A stretch of DNA of 64,000 nucleotides from contig CM022672.1 in NCBI GenBank assembly GCA_012295275.1, positions 31,434,001-31,498,000 of the forward strand. The letters are read 5' to 3'. The notes under the pieces were generated by a model, which worked only from the letters and a program-made list of their open reading frames with translations, did not search any database and had not been told where the DNA came from. The position numbers and the translations under genes were made by a program. This stretch comes from Chrysomallon squamiferum. Lineage: Eukaryota > Animalia > Mollusca. Numbering within the stretch: the first letter of the stretch is position 1; every line of letters begins with the position of its first letter. Below are positions 16,152 to 31,283 of this stretch, one piece after another.

Positions 16152-17087
16152 CTGATGCTTCTAAGCATGATTGTGTACTATCTTTTTTTTTTTTTTATTT
16201 TATTTTTTTTATTTTTTTTTTTTTGTTTTTGTAAAGAAAATTTATCATTAAAACGGTATTTAAATTAAATTTTAACAGGGCGATTTAAAATAATTATTCT
16301 ATCAAGTGTCAGTGTTATTTTATTTTTACTAATATTGTTGTAAAACAGCTACTGATATTAATCATTATTAATTCTGAATAATTTTATAAATAATAATAAT
16401 TACTAAAAAAAAAAAAAAAATAGTTCGTGTCAGTAAACCTTTACTTTGAAGAAGCCAAGACAACCCTAAGCACGCCTGCGAAATGACATCACTTCCGTCG
16501 TCAGCAGACGACCGTCAAGCAAGCAGACAACACGAACTCGTACAAGTCCCGAGTTTTTCTCCGTCACCATGGAAATTAAGAAGTGAAATCTTACAACGCA
16601 CTGAACATGAGAACACAGTGAAAACTTACGCTGTGTGTGTTATTGTGCTAAATTGTCGTGCGCGCCTTTCAGCCTGTGGGAACGTTCCACAATGCGATCA
16701 AACGCCAATGTTAGCAGGTTTCAGCGGTTAAAATCCGTCTAAATTCATCGGAGGACTTTTAAGTGAAGTAATAGGATTCGAAAGGATCCCAATTGACAAC
16801 GGCACCGGCCAATCGGTTTTAATTCTGCATTAAATCGTATCTCTGTCTCATAGTACCACCCGATACTTTAATCCGTTACACGGTTCTTTATTACATAATT
16901 TTATTTAATTATACGTAGCTATTTATTTATTTAATTTTATTTCAAAATTAACTGAATGGTTTGTTTAGTGTAAAAAGAGGGGAAAATAAAAGTAATCTAA
17001 GAAGAAGACTAATAGAGAAACCTGAAAAAAAAAAAAGAAAAAAAAATTAATATTTATATTATAGTATTCTTACTATTACTATAAAAA

Positions 17088-17118
<31 letters not shown>

Positions 17119-17639
17119 AATAATAATTTAAAAACAGTTATTTAATTATTATGTTACTTTTCCATTTACTAATTCTTAAAATTTAAAAACTCATATTTTT
17201 TTTTTATAAATCTTCAAATGTCCATATTTTTTTTTAATTAAACATTTATTTCTTTTTCAGTTACAATAATTTTGTGTTTTAAAAAACAAAAATCAAAATG
17301 TTTGAAAGCTTGATGCAGTTCTTACAAATAACAGAAAATGTTATTGTATTTTCCTTTGTAATGATTTAAAAATGAATACATTAATTCCAAAATTGATAAA
17401 TAATATTGCCGGAACATCATCAACAACAACAGCAAAAACAAAAACAATAATTATTATTATGTGACAGCTGATTTATTCATTTAGTTACTATATTTATTTA
17501 TTTATCATTAATATTTTACATTCATTTATTTACGTTTTGTTTTTATAAATTTATCTGTATTGCTATTACCCTTAGCAGTTTTAATTTATTCAGCTTTCAC
17601 TTTTAAGGTAACCCGTGAACAGATGGTTAACACGTGTAT

Positions 17640-18212
17640 GTATGATTATGCACCAAATCGTTAGATTTCTCATTCATTGCAACGTCTCTCCGTCTTACTC
17701 CCGCCACCCTTAACCCTCACTCTGAAAAGTGCGCACGCGTTAAGGACAACGGCGCGTGCCGTACACGCGCACCTACTACCATTGCGGATTAACCAAACAA
17801 AGCAGGTATTTCCTAACGGACACAAACAATCGTCCCCTACTGCGTAACATTGTAGAAAACCTGAAAAAAAGAAATCTGTCCATATAGTCAGTCCGGTAGA
17901 CGAGTTTCCGGAGAGTTTTACGAATGATAGTAAGTGTGAAACGGATGAATAAGTCGCGCGACATTTCCAGGTTAGCGAAGCAGACGACAAATTGCGCGAG
18001 AGAACGTGCTGGGCACGGTCTGTTGGTGACGCTACATCTGTCGACAAGAGTTTGCAACAGAGAAAACAATGAACAGAACGGAAAAGAAATTTGAAACAAA
18101 ATATAGTAATTTCCAGGGTTGTTGAAACGTACCAGAAGTGTTTTATTTTTTTATCGTTGTGGTAGCTTGGGAAACTTTAAGTTTTTCTGTTAGATAGTAT
18201 TTTTTTAATATC
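17640..18212 (+). promoter_or_regulatory. Putative proximal promoter/5' UTR of Lhx3/4 isoform b
   Basis: CpG-containing island upstream of the ATG at 18213, with an Inr-like TCAGTC at 17888. Inferred. Confidence 0.45.
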
Positions 18213-18264
18213 ATGTTGAACATTTTCACTAATTCATCATTCCATTACGGGACCGACATTTTAG
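18213..18264 (+). CDS. Lhx3/4: Lhx3/4 alternative first coding exon 1b (MLNIFTNSSFHYGTDIL+G)
   Basis: atcATG, 17 codons + 1 nt, strong donor TTAG|gtaaga. Phase 1 is compatible with the LIM1 exon. Confidence 0.65.
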
Positions 18265-18438
18265 GTAAGATTAATCAAATTTAATTCTCGGTTTTTCATT
18301 TTAAATTATTGTTATTAATATTATAAGATTAGTATAATTATTATCATCGTTATTATTTAACGTTATTTATTTTCATATTTATAAATTAATTAATAGTAAT
18401 AATTTTTACGATTTTTGTTCTTTACAGATTAAAATTAA

Positions 18439-18508
<70 letters not shown>

Positions 18509-18796
18509 CATTATAAATCAGTTTGTATATGAAACTTTAATTAGTTTTTCCTTTAGTTTTTATTCACTGATAGTTTTATTTTTTTATTTATTTTTTATTT
18601 TTTTAGATTTTATTTATTTATATTTTTTATATGTATATATCGTGCTTTTTATTTTTATTATTTTTTGTTTTTTTAATATTTTTAATTTTTACTATGAAAT
18701 TGTGTAAATTGTGCGTGTTTATAAATGTGTATATATATAAATAGTTTTTGTTAGTGAAATTTCGTGGTGCTTTCTTTCTTTCTTTCTTTTCTTCTT

Positions 18797-18827
<31 letters not shown>

Positions 18828-19087
18828 TTATTATTATTATTATTATTAATGTGATAGTAAATAATGTGATAAATGTACAGCAGAATTTTATCATTTATAT
18901 TCTACTAATTATTATTAGGTTATAAGTATAGAATTAAATAATTCATCATATTTTATTTATTTATTTATTTACTTTCTTACTTATCTATTTATTAATTTAT
19001 ATATTTCGATTATGGTTATTATCTTATTAAATTTTTTCTTTACACATATTTGAAGACTTCTGCTTTTATTTAAAAATTTATATTCCG

Positions 19088-19127
<40 letters not shown>

Positions 19128-19225
19128 TAATTAATACGTTTTAAAACAGGCGTTTTATATTATGTCTACGTCTATATTAATATAAGTTATTTTTCTATGT
19201 AATTTATATGCATATCCGTGTGTAT

Positions 19226-19260
<35 letters not shown>

Positions 19261-20353
19261 AATACAAGTTTAATTTTACTGTATTGGTATACGAAATAAA
19301 TCTATATTAATTGATATTAATTAGTTATACGGAGTAAATGAACGCATAGCTGTAGAATGTAACATTTATCTCAATCACCTACCTCAGAAATAAACTCAGA
19401 ACAGGTTTTATATCCACTTCACCCTTCAGAAACGTGTCCACACATGAAGCTGTTTTCAGCAGACGTGAAAGATAACAGTTGGCACGAATTTTGTGGGGGA
19501 AAAACTGTCAAATCCCAAGATCAGACGACAGTAAATTAACAAAAAGAGTGCAATATTTCTATTTCCCAAAGTTCATTATATATTTAAATAAAATTTAATA
19601 TAATTTAATAGCAGTATTATTATTGTTGTAGTTCTGCTAGTTGTTGTAGCAGCAATTGTAATTATGTAAATAAATAAATAAGTAAATAAATATATAAATA
19701 AATTAAACTAATATTTTATTACTTAAATCCTTCCCCCACTCTAGATGACGTCACTTGTTATTTTAATGCAGTAAAAATTCTCATTATTGTACTGTATGTT
19801 TTTAAATAATCCAATTTTTTTTGTAAAATATTATGCTGAACTACAAATTTGTTTTATTTATTTTTAATTTTGATGAGTTGTTTTTGAAATAATAGCAGCT
19901 TTAGTAATTGTGTCAATCACTTGCAATATAGGAATATTTGAAATTAAAGTATTAATGAATACACGAAAAAAAAAAATGTCTAAGACTTCATCATTTGTTT
20001 AATTTTTATTTTATTTTATTTTACTTTATTTATATTATAAACAGTAATTAAAGCTAGTGCATCAGTCTCAACAAATTATAGAAATTAAAAATATTTTGTT
20101 ACCAATTTGCCGATATGTACAACTTAATACATTTCCGTAATTTTTGTGCGTGTGCGTGTATGTGTGTGTATTTACAGTCTACAATGAACACATTTTTACA
20201 AAATGCATATAATCAAATAATTATTGAAAATAATTTTATTCGTTTGAACAAGAACTATAATTTAAAAAATAAACAAATAAATATATAAAAGAAAAGAACA
20301 TGATAAAGAAAAATATAACAATTCATAAATTTATCAGAATACATATGTAAATA

Positions 20354-20450
<97 letters not shown>

Positions 20451-20736
20451 CAGTTCCAGGTCTGTACGTGTTTTGTTGTTTTATTACTATTAATACTGTT
20501 TAAGGAGGTGTTGAACGAGAGTGTCACGAAGTTATTAATTTTTAAAATTTAATTTACAACTGTGGAAGGTCATTAAATATTCACACAAATTTCGCTGGCA
20601 GTCCTCGCCTAAGTGCGAGAACAAGTCAGAACGTCGAATTGAATCAGCGGCCGAGGTACATATTAACATTACAATTACATTTCAGAAAACGTATTAAATT
20701 TTAATTCTTTCTCTCATTCTGTCCTTTTAAATTGTC

Positions 20737-20805
<69 letters not shown>

Positions 20806-21899
20806 ATATTTTTAGATATGAATGTACTTATCTTTTTATATATATATATATAAATAACTCTTTTGTTCTTCTTCTATTTTTTAGTCGTTAATCTTATCGT
20901 ATTATGAATGTAATTAAAGGTCTCTCTCTCTCTCTCTCTTTTTGTCTGTATATATATATATATATATATGATTACGTCGACATTAATAGATGTATATTTT
21001 TATGTATATCTGTGTGCCTCATTTTGATGGTCCAACACAATTTTAATAGTAATTTTGAATTATTTTTTATCTTATTAATTTCTTTATACATATATTCCTT
21101 TTCTTTTGCTTTATTTATTTGTTCGTTAATTATTTATTTGTATTGTTTCTTTTATTACTACTAATTAAATATGCATTTGCAGAAATGAACAATTATCCTA
21201 AACTCATACACAGTCATCAGAAATTATTATTTATATTTTAATATCTATTATTAGATGTGTGTTACTGATATAATAACAACAACAACAATAATAATAATAA
21301 TAACTATAACAATAATAAAAATAAAACAAGAAAGTCAAACAAAAAATAAAACAAAATAGCAAAGTCAAACAAATGATATATTGATATATGTGTGTGTGTG
21401 TGTGTGTGTGCGTAAAAGTACATATTATTTTATATATATATATATGCTTGGCTGTTTTATTAGAGAGAGGAGTTGCTCTGCATATTTATGGCTGGTTTTA
21501 TAGTAAACGTCACAGTTTAACGTTTTCTTAGATTTATTACGTTTCTTTGTAAACTAACATGGAGGTAATTTTATTCCGGGGAGAGAAGGAAATGGACTCT
21601 AAAGAGAAATCTAATTTTACTGCTGACCTCTGACCTACTGGGACGTGGCCAGCCTCTTGATATAATGAGTTTGTACATCTTCAGTTGAATCTAACTTGAC
21701 CAGTGGCCCGGCGTGACCTCCACGCTAAACTGACTGACCAGTGCAGGCGCGGTTATAAAGCGAGTTTACCGTTCATAGAATTTCTTCTTCTTCTTCTTTT
21801 GTTCTTTTCTTCTTCTTCTTCTACTTCTTCTTTTCTTCATCTTCTTCTTCTTCTTCTTCTTTTCTTCTTCTTCTTCTTATTATTATTTCACGTAATTAA

Positions 21900-22009
<110 letters not shown>

Positions 22010-23029
22010 GTATTATAATTAATATATATATATATATATATATCTTTCATTAGAAATACTCTGTCATTAATTTTAACAGAAGTCTGAGAAATGCTTTTGT
22101 GTATATATATATATATATATGCACACATAATTTTATTCAAATTATTATCATCATCATCATTATTATTATTATTATTACTATTATTATTGTTGTTGTTGTT
22201 GTTTGTTGTTGGTGGTGGTGGTGTTATTATTGTCATTATTTTAATATTTCTTCACATTTGCCGATCATGACTGCTTGACCACATATGTATAGAAATAAAC
22301 GTACAGAGGCCGTCCCCGCAGCGTTAGCGTCGTCGTTGTGGGCAGATGGTGACGCGAAAAAAAGACAGTGCGTTTTGTTCAGACTCTTCCTCACTGTTTC
22401 ACACAATGGCGGTCTCTTCTTTGATATAATGAAGAATGGACAAAACTGACCCCTAGTGTCCACCCCCCTCCTCACACACACAGCTGAGAAATATACATAA
22501 ATGAATGCGTTTGACCGCAGACCAATAATGTCCAGTTAGTTTAATCATTTACAAAGGCACCTGGGATCACCTGTATAATGGATATAACAATGACAGTGGA
22601 CAAATGTGTTATAAATTGGGTTTAACATGGTAGGCACGCGACTAACAGTTTGCTGTGATATCAGATAAGTCTTTTTTGTTGTTGACAGAAACGAACACAG
22701 GGTGGGGTCGTTTTAGTTAATTATAGATCCTAGGTCGCGTTAGTTTTGTGTTTCGCTTTGAAATGCGGTCTCGATTTTTGCAGTTAATCTAGTAAACGAA
22801 TTCGTTTCGTTTGGTTTATTTTTAATATTTATTTATTTATTTGTTTATTTGTTTGTTTATTTATTTATTTATTTATTTATATAATTATTTGTTGTTGTTT
22901 TGTTGTTTTTTTGTGTTTTTTTTTTGTTTTTTTTTTTGTTTTGTTTTTGTTTTGTTTATTTATTTATTTGTTTATTTGTTTGTTTGTTTCTTCCTTTCTT
23001 TGTTGTTTATTTATTTTTATTTTTGTTAC

Positions 23030-23092
<63 letters not shown>

Positions 23093-23191
23093 TATTAATT
23101 CGTTTAAACTTGTTTTTGGAAACATTTTTGTATAATTAATTATAGCATTTAATGATAATGATACAACTATTACTGTTAATACTGCTAATAC

Positions 23192-23246
<55 letters not shown>

Positions 23247-23871
23247 AATAAGTTTTACTTTTAAATATTTTTCTATGGTATTTCTTATTTCTGATTACAT
23301 GTGAATGTTATAAATTATTTAAATACTAATTTATATGGGTTTTATAAAATTATTTTCTTATCGTAAATGTATTGTTCGGAGTCTCTTTCATTAAAAAAAA
23401 TTCTGTCATTAATTTTAGCAGATTTCTGAGAAATGTACATTATAATATTATATATATTCAGTCAGTAAATATTGAGGTAAAATAATTTATGATATTCACG
23501 TTTTCAATCTTGTAAATTTTTTAGAAATGTTTTAGAATGTGGCTTTGGAGTTACGAGTTGTTAAGAGTCACTGAATATTTTTAAATTAGTTTAAATGTTG
23601 TTGTTTTTTTTTTAATTTAAAAAAAAAGGTTTCTTATTTATTTATTTATTTATTTTATTTTATTTTATTTTATTTATTTATTTTTTTATTTTTTTTTATT
23701 ATTATTTTTTTTCCTTCTATTATTTATGTCATAGTCACAAATGATAAAGAAACGTAACTTTTATAAGTAACCTCATGTTTAATTCTTACGCCAGTTCTTT
23801 TTAAAAATAAATTAAAACAATATATTTTTGCTGTTCATAAATGTTACAAACTTTGTATAGTCATTTTAGCT

Positions 23872-23924
<53 letters not shown>

Positions 23925-24145
23925 TTAACAGATGACATCTAGAATTTGCAGTTGTATGTTTCATTAGTTTTTTTTAAAACAGATCATATTTTTGCTGTCT
24001 GGTTTTTATTCTTGAAGAGAATTATTTTAATTGTATCATCTGTCATCACGACAGTTTATTAGCAGTTTCGACACTACCGATGTAAAGACTTAATTATAAT
24101 TATTGTCGTTATTATTATTAGTAATAGTAGTAGCAGTAGTAGTAA

Positions 24146-24183
<38 letters not shown>

Positions 24184-24439
24184 ATAGTAGTAATAGTAGT
24201 AGTCATAGTAGTAATAGTAGTACCAATAGCAACAGCAGTAGTACATTTATCTACAAATATAATTATCATAAATTACCCACTATTATTTTATTACTTTTTC
24301 TGTTATTATGATATTTTTATTAAATATTTTTATTGTAAAATCTAATCATGTTACTGAAATACTAATCATGGATGTATGTCTAGATCATGTGTGGTTCTTA
24401 TTACATTATACTAAACTGGATTTTATATGTTTAAAAACT

Positions 24440-25430
24440 ATACATATCTGAGCTGCTAACTGTACACATAGTTCCTAACTACATATCTCAGTTTCTAACT
24501 GTACATATCTCAGTTTCTAACTACATATCTCAGTTTATAACTGTACATATCTCAGTTTATAACTACATATCTCAGTTTCTAACTGTACATATCTCAGTTT
24601 CTAACTACATATCTCAGTTTATAACTGTACACATACTTCCTAACTACATATCTGAGCTGCTAACTGTACATATCTCAGTTTATTACTGTACACATAGTTC
24701 CTAACTACATATCTGAGCTGCTAACTGTACATATCTCAGTTTATTACTGTACACATAGTTCCTAACTACATATCTGAGCTGCTAACTGTACACATAGTTC
24801 CTAACTACATATCTCAGTTTCTAACTGTACATATCTCAGTTTCTAACTACATATCACTTCCTAAGTTTATATCAGTTTATAACTAACTACATATCTCAGT
24901 TTAACTGTACACATAGTTCCTAACTACATATCTCAGTTTATAACTGTACATATCTCAGTTTCTAACTACATATCTCAGTTTATTACTGTACACATAGTTC
25001 CTAACTACATATCTGAGCTGCTAACTGTACACATAGTTCCTAACTACATATCTCAGTTTATAACTGTACATATCTCAGTTTCTAACTACATATCTCAGTT
25101 TATTACTGTACACATAGTTCCTAACTACATATCTCAGCTGCTTTACACATAGTTGTACATATCTCAGTTTCTAACTACATATCTCAGTTTATAACTGTAC
25201 ACATACTTCCTAACTACATATCAGTTTCTAACTTACATATCAGTTTTTGACGTTCTTATCTCATTTTCTAACTATATATATCTCAGTTTCTAATTTACAT
25301 ATCTCAGTTTTAAACTTACATATCTCAGTTTTAAACTTACATATCTCAGTTTCTAACTACATATCTCAGTTTCTAATTGTCCATACCCTGCATTTCTAAT
25401 TTAACACATCAAGTTCTAACTATAGACCTG
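24440..25430. repeat. Minisatellite of 19-22-bp variant units (ctacatatctcagtttctaa / ctgtacacatagttcctaa) with higher-order arrangement
   Basis: About 1 kb of tandem units in Lhx3/4 intron 1; a short inverted copy lies at ~29350-29408. Confidence 0.9.
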
Positions 25431-26146
25431 CATTTCTAACTTACAGCTGAGTTTATGACTTTACTCAGTTGTACACTTTTGAGTTTCTGGCTTTGTATAT
25501 TTGACAACAGTAACTGTCAGTATCTAAACGTCTAACTTGAAGATTTATGACTGAATACTTTTTTTATCAGTATTTTTATTCTCCTATTTTTTTTCTTTTT
25601 ATTTTAAAATGAACCTGAACATTTTTAACTGTGTGTGATCTATGAAGGATTTAACCACGTCGAGAGAGACGAAACCGCTATGAAGCGATATATAAATTTC
25701 ATCAGCCGATATCTTATTGTTCCAGCTAAAGATATTACGTTTCCCTCGAGTATTTTTCGCCATATGTTGAAAAACATATAAACGCCGTCGTCTGCGTAGA
25801 ACGTATCCTCCGGCAGGTAATAAACGCGCCGGTCTGAAGCTGACGTTCTCGTTATGAATAAAAATTAATGGCATTTTAACTGTTGCGATCTGCGTTTAAT
25901 TGTCGGAAGGGATTATTTTCAGGGTGCCGAGATCACGTGACGCTTTCAGAGCAACTGTTAAAAGCTGAGTGCATTAAATTAATTGTTTCCCGCGTCTTAA
26001 GACTGAATCCTCCGGTGGAAACAAGGGTTTGCGACCATGGGAGGCGTGCTTGGATACTTTCTCTGTTAGAAGCGTGGCAGAAATTACTCAGTCATAATTA
26101 GTTTCTGCAATCGGATGTTTGTGAAAAACATTATAAATGTTCTCCC

Positions 26147-26178
<32 letters not shown>

Positions 26179-26272
26179 GTACAAGATATGATCATCAGAT
26201 ATGTTTCAATATTTTAGATTAATGGCCACAAATATATGGTTTTGGGACAGAACTGATATTAACTTTAATAAA

Positions 26273-26333
<61 letters not shown>

Positions 26334-27148
26334 CCTATACTGTCCAAAGTTAACTTCTACAGTGTTTAACTAACTTCGTTTAGATTTTAAGAAATCGTTT
26401 TGAAAAACATTTGTAGTTTAAAAATAGCACCGATAAAATTATTTAAGAACTACTGGTTTTGACGTATAGTTTGTTTTATAATCTCGAGAGGTTTCTACTG
26501 AGAAATAAAACAGTTAATTTCATTTATATTTTCATTTATATTTTTTGTATTACTATTCAGTACTGCAGGACAAAAGAAACAACTGGTTATTCACACAATT
26601 AGTCTGCCCACGTCGAAAGGCGAATGAATGCAGTGATTCACTTCTTTATTTTTATTTATTTATTTATTTATTTATTTATTATTATTATTTTATTTTTATT
26701 TAGTATTAAATACAACTCTGATGAAAAGCCTTGTTCCATAACAGACACGGTCACATTAATGTTTCACTTAATAAAATTTTGAAAAAAAATCGATTATTAG
26801 ATAGATTATTTATTTTTTTTTTTTCTATTTTATTTTATTATTATCATCTTCATCATCATCATCAACATCATCATCATTATTGTTGTTGTTGTTGTTGTTA
26901 TTATTATTATTATTAGTATTAGTATTAGTATTATTATTTTGTCTTCAACATTTTTACGTAATATTTTTAATAATTTTGTTATAAAATAAAGTCTATGTAT
27001 GCAAGACAATCTGTAAGATATCACTGTTTCTACTGCTCGGGAAAAAGTTTTGGATTTCGGAGCTTTTCGCCTTTTGGAATTTCGGTTAGGAATCCTCAAT
27101 TTGTAGTAGAAGAGGTAGCAGAAATAGTGTAAACAGTAGTAATAGTAC

Positions 27149-27189
<41 letters not shown>

Positions 27190-27383
27190 AAATCGTAGCA
27201 GTGGAAACAAAAGAAAAAGTATCAGTAGTAGTAGGGTAGTAATAGTAGTAGTAGTAGTTGTTGTAGTTAAGTGTTTTGGGTAATTTGTTCTATTTTTGTT
27301 CTTTCGTTTCTTTTATTCATTGTTTTTTCTTTCATTCTTTCTTCTAATTAAATAATGTATTTATTTATTATTGTTGCTGTTGC

Positions 27384-27414
<31 letters not shown>

Positions 27415-28545
27415 TAATTTCAGTTAAACTTAAAACAATTAAGAGTAACAGATTCCAATTCAGTTTTTATTATTCACTGAGATAATAAATATTCAAACGA
27501 TCAAGAATTAGAGAATATAAAAATAAAACGGATAAAACAGTACAGATTACGATGAAACAGAAGGATCAAAAAGCAACGATGATCAAAAAGTATCGAATTC
27601 CAAAAAACGTCACGATATAAAAAAAAAAAAAATAAAAAATAAAACCAGCCAAAGAAATAATCTTATTTTTTTTTTTTTTTTTTTTTTTTTTTTCTCCAAA
27701 GCGTGTGTGGATTTTTCCCTCGAACTGCTTAGATTAGTGAAAATAGAGTGGGTTTCACTGCGGCTCAGCATTCACTTTGCACAAGTCTCAATAACAATCC
27801 GTGTTGACTCTCGGTTCCATCTCGCCGATGCAGCCGCTGCGGATGAGCACGTTGACGTCGCTTCAGACGAGTTGTCCAGTTTCACCGGCACGTTCCGCAG
27901 CCAGCGCTTTACGTGCGGCTCGCTCGTCTGCTCGCGCGCGCGCGGGACAGCGAATTAACGTAATTGGCTGCACCGCATTTGACGAAGGCGCTAATTTAAT
28001 TTCGCTAGATGGGAGAGATGCAGGGGAAGCCTGCGCGGTGTGGTGGCGTAATTAAATTAGCCGAAAAAAATCCTCAACTTAATTCATTTAGCGCCGCGCT
28101 GCAGACGACAGACCCCGCGTTGTCTGTCACTAGAATCATCAACAATTTACCGCTTCGATGGGTCACACAACTTCAACAACGATCCCCACTCGACTTTTTT
28201 TTTATTTCTTTAATTTCTTTTTTTTTTTTGTATCTTCTTCTTTTTTTTTTTTTTTTTTTTTTTCTTTTTAACCCTCTTCTCTCTCTTCTCCCCCCACCCT
28301 ACAATATACAGACGTAAACGCTCTGAAACATGAAGAATGTTATTTTCACTGAACGAGAGTTTGGTAACGGAGGTTTTTTAGGTGATTGCTTAATAGCATA
28401 TTGGAGTTAATCAGTGTTTTTGTTATTTTGTTTACAGACACACAAACACATACATACTTTTGTTTGGTTCGTTATAAGAGAACGTGTGTGTCTGTCTGTC
28501 TGTCTGTGTGTGTGTGTGTGTCTGTGTGTGTGTGTGTTTCTGTAG

Positions 28546-28588
<43 letters not shown>

Positions 28589-28678
28589 CAAGCGGCTGCC
28601 ACTATGAATAACATTTATTTCATACAACACGTGATATAATTATATAACACCTTTAAGAAATAAACGTATGTGAATATC

Positions 28679-28709
<31 letters not shown>

Positions 28710-29160
28710 ATATATTCTTTAACAGTAACCGGTATTTGTTATTTATAATAATAATTTATCATTTTAATAATTAAATAAGTAAGTATGTAAATAAGTACAT
28801 AAATAAATAAGATTAAATTTATCGACAGAACGTTTCTCAAATTTCAGTGTAACATGAAAAACAAAACTAAATAAGTAGACAACTGACATGTGAAGCGTAC
28901 AGTAGAAACACAAGTTTCAGTATTTTGCCAGGTCACTTTAATACATTTTTGTTTTACAATTTTTAGATCTCTCAGTAGTTCTTGTCAGCAAATAGCTATG
29001 TATTTCTACTGATGTTGTTATTTATTTATTTATTTGTTTATTTATTCATTTATTTATTTATTATTAGGCAGAACGAAACTTCATAACATTTTTAGTGAAA
29101 TTCAAAGAAAATATTTAGATATTTAGAATTGTTTATTATTTTGGTTCATCTTTCAGAATA

Positions 29161-29208
<48 letters not shown>

Positions 29209-30983
29209 ATAATTCAATCGGTTAATATTATCCTTTCCCCTTCTCCTCATCTACTACCATTATCATCATCATCATCATCATCATCATCATTACATTATCA
29301 ACATCATTATTACTGTTTCTCATCTCTCGTTTTTTCTGTCTGTGTATATCTAAACTGAGATAAGTAGTTAGGAGCTAAATGTACAGTTAGAAACTGAGAT
29401 ATGTAGATATGAACCACGACATTATCAGTTCCAAAGAGTCGTTTATAACTTTAACATAAATATTTACATTAACCAGCCTCTTAAAAAAAAAAATAATAAA
29501 ATAAAATAAAAAAAAAAAAAAAATTACACGTCACTAGCACTCTCCACCCTCTTCATTCCCAGTATCTTTTTAAGACAAGGATCTTTTTTTTTTTTTTTTT
29601 TTAAAAAAACAACAACAAAAAAAGCCAAGTTAAGATTTTTATTGGTTTCCTTAACAAAGTGACTGGTTAATGAAGTGATACTAAAAGCCATTGTGATAGA
29701 TAATGGGACTATCTCATTAGCGTTTAACTACCAGACTTGACTGCACTCTAACAGAGGATGCAGTGCCCCGCGTTAACCTTTCCTCATCTGCCGTCTTTCT
29801 GTGTGTGTGACAGATGTACGCAAGAGAAAAAACGTTTCTGCGGCTCTTTCGCCCGATGACTGATTTGAACGCGAAAGCACTCACACAAGGCAAGGCAGAG
29901 CGTCCCGAATCGAAATTAAAACGTTTTCTCCTGGGATGACCGGCTGCGGAATAAATGTCAGAACTCGAACAATGTTTCATCATTAGCAATACGCAACACT
30001 CGTCTCTGTTTTGTGTCAGATTAAATTCATTGTTTTGTTGTTGTTTTTAATTTTTTTTTTTTTTTTTTTTTAAAAATGATAAAAGTTTTGCAAGATACGC
30101 TTGCTGTGTGATGACTTGAGGGAACAATAACGCATTGGAACACGCTATCGCTGTTAAATGTTCGTGCACTCATACAGACATGCACCGATATACATCAGTG
30201 AATGTACGTGTCTCGGTTTGCATGTCATGTATGTATGTAAGATTGTGTGTGAGTTTATACATGCGTGCGTGCAAAAATTATTAATATTACGATGGACATT
30301 CATTATAATTATCTGAACTTCGTCATAATCATTATTTTTGCTTTTTTTTGTTGTTGTTGTTGTCATTATTATGATCACCAAGATTATTATTGATGTTGTT
30401 GTTGTTATTACTATTACTTTTATTATAGTTATTACTATTATTACTACTATTACAACTATTATCGTTATTTTGCTACTCCTACTAATATTACCTTATTATT
30501 ATTATTATTGTTATTATTATTACTATTATCATTATTATTATTATTCATATTATTGTTATTATTACTATTATTACTATTACTATTATTGTTATTATTACTA
30601 TTATTATTATAATTATTATTATTATCACTTTATTATTACTATTATTATTATTATTATTACGATTATTATTATTGTTACTATTATTATTATTACTATTATT
30701 ATTATTACTATTATTATTATTACCATTATTATTACAACTATTATTATTATTACTATTATATTATTATTGTTACTATTATTATTACTATTATTATTATTGT
30801 TACTATTATTACTATTATTATTATTACTATCATTATTACTATTATTATTACTATTGTTATTTACTATTATTACTATTGTTATTACTATTACTATTACTAC
30901 TGTTATTACTATTACTATTACTACTGTTATTACTATTACTATTATTACTACTGTTATTGTTACTGTTATTGTTACTGTTACAG

Positions 30984-31158
30984 CTGCTATACCTAAGTGC
31001 GCGGGGTGCAGTGAGCCGATACTGGACAGGTTTATTCTCAAGGTGCTGGACAGGTCGTGGCACTCGCGCTGTCTCAAGTGTGCTGACTGCCTCGTCCAGC
31101 TCGCGGACAAGTGCTTTTCAAAGGGAGACAAAGTCTACTGCAAGGACGACTTCTTCAA
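30984..31158 (+). CDS. Lhx3/4: Lhx3/4 exon 2, LIM domain 1 ([58 protein letters not shown])
   Basis: LIM C-x2-C...H-x2-C-x2-C-x2-C...C-x2-D pattern typical of Lhx3/Lim3. Acceptor ttacag, donor AA|gtaagt (phase 1 to 2). Confidence 0.97.
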
Positions 31159-31187
31159 GTAAGTCCTTACAGACATCTTTCTTTCTT

Positions 31188-31283
<96 letters not shown>

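Noticed and set aside
24440-25430. CRISPR-like appearance of the minisatellites (also 39843-40155 and 62810-63615)
   Set aside because: There are no unique spacers and no cas genes, and the context is eukaryotic introns.
27707-28317. GC-rich ORFs of 83-102 aa in intron 1 (similar ones at 10467-10870 and 17670-18099)
   Set aside because: No recognisable domain or consistent splice sites; better explained as regulatory islands.
30338-30983. 215-codon in-frame N-terminal extension of the LIM1 exon
   Set aside because: It is a stop-free triplet microsatellite, and a proper acceptor exists at 30982-30983.
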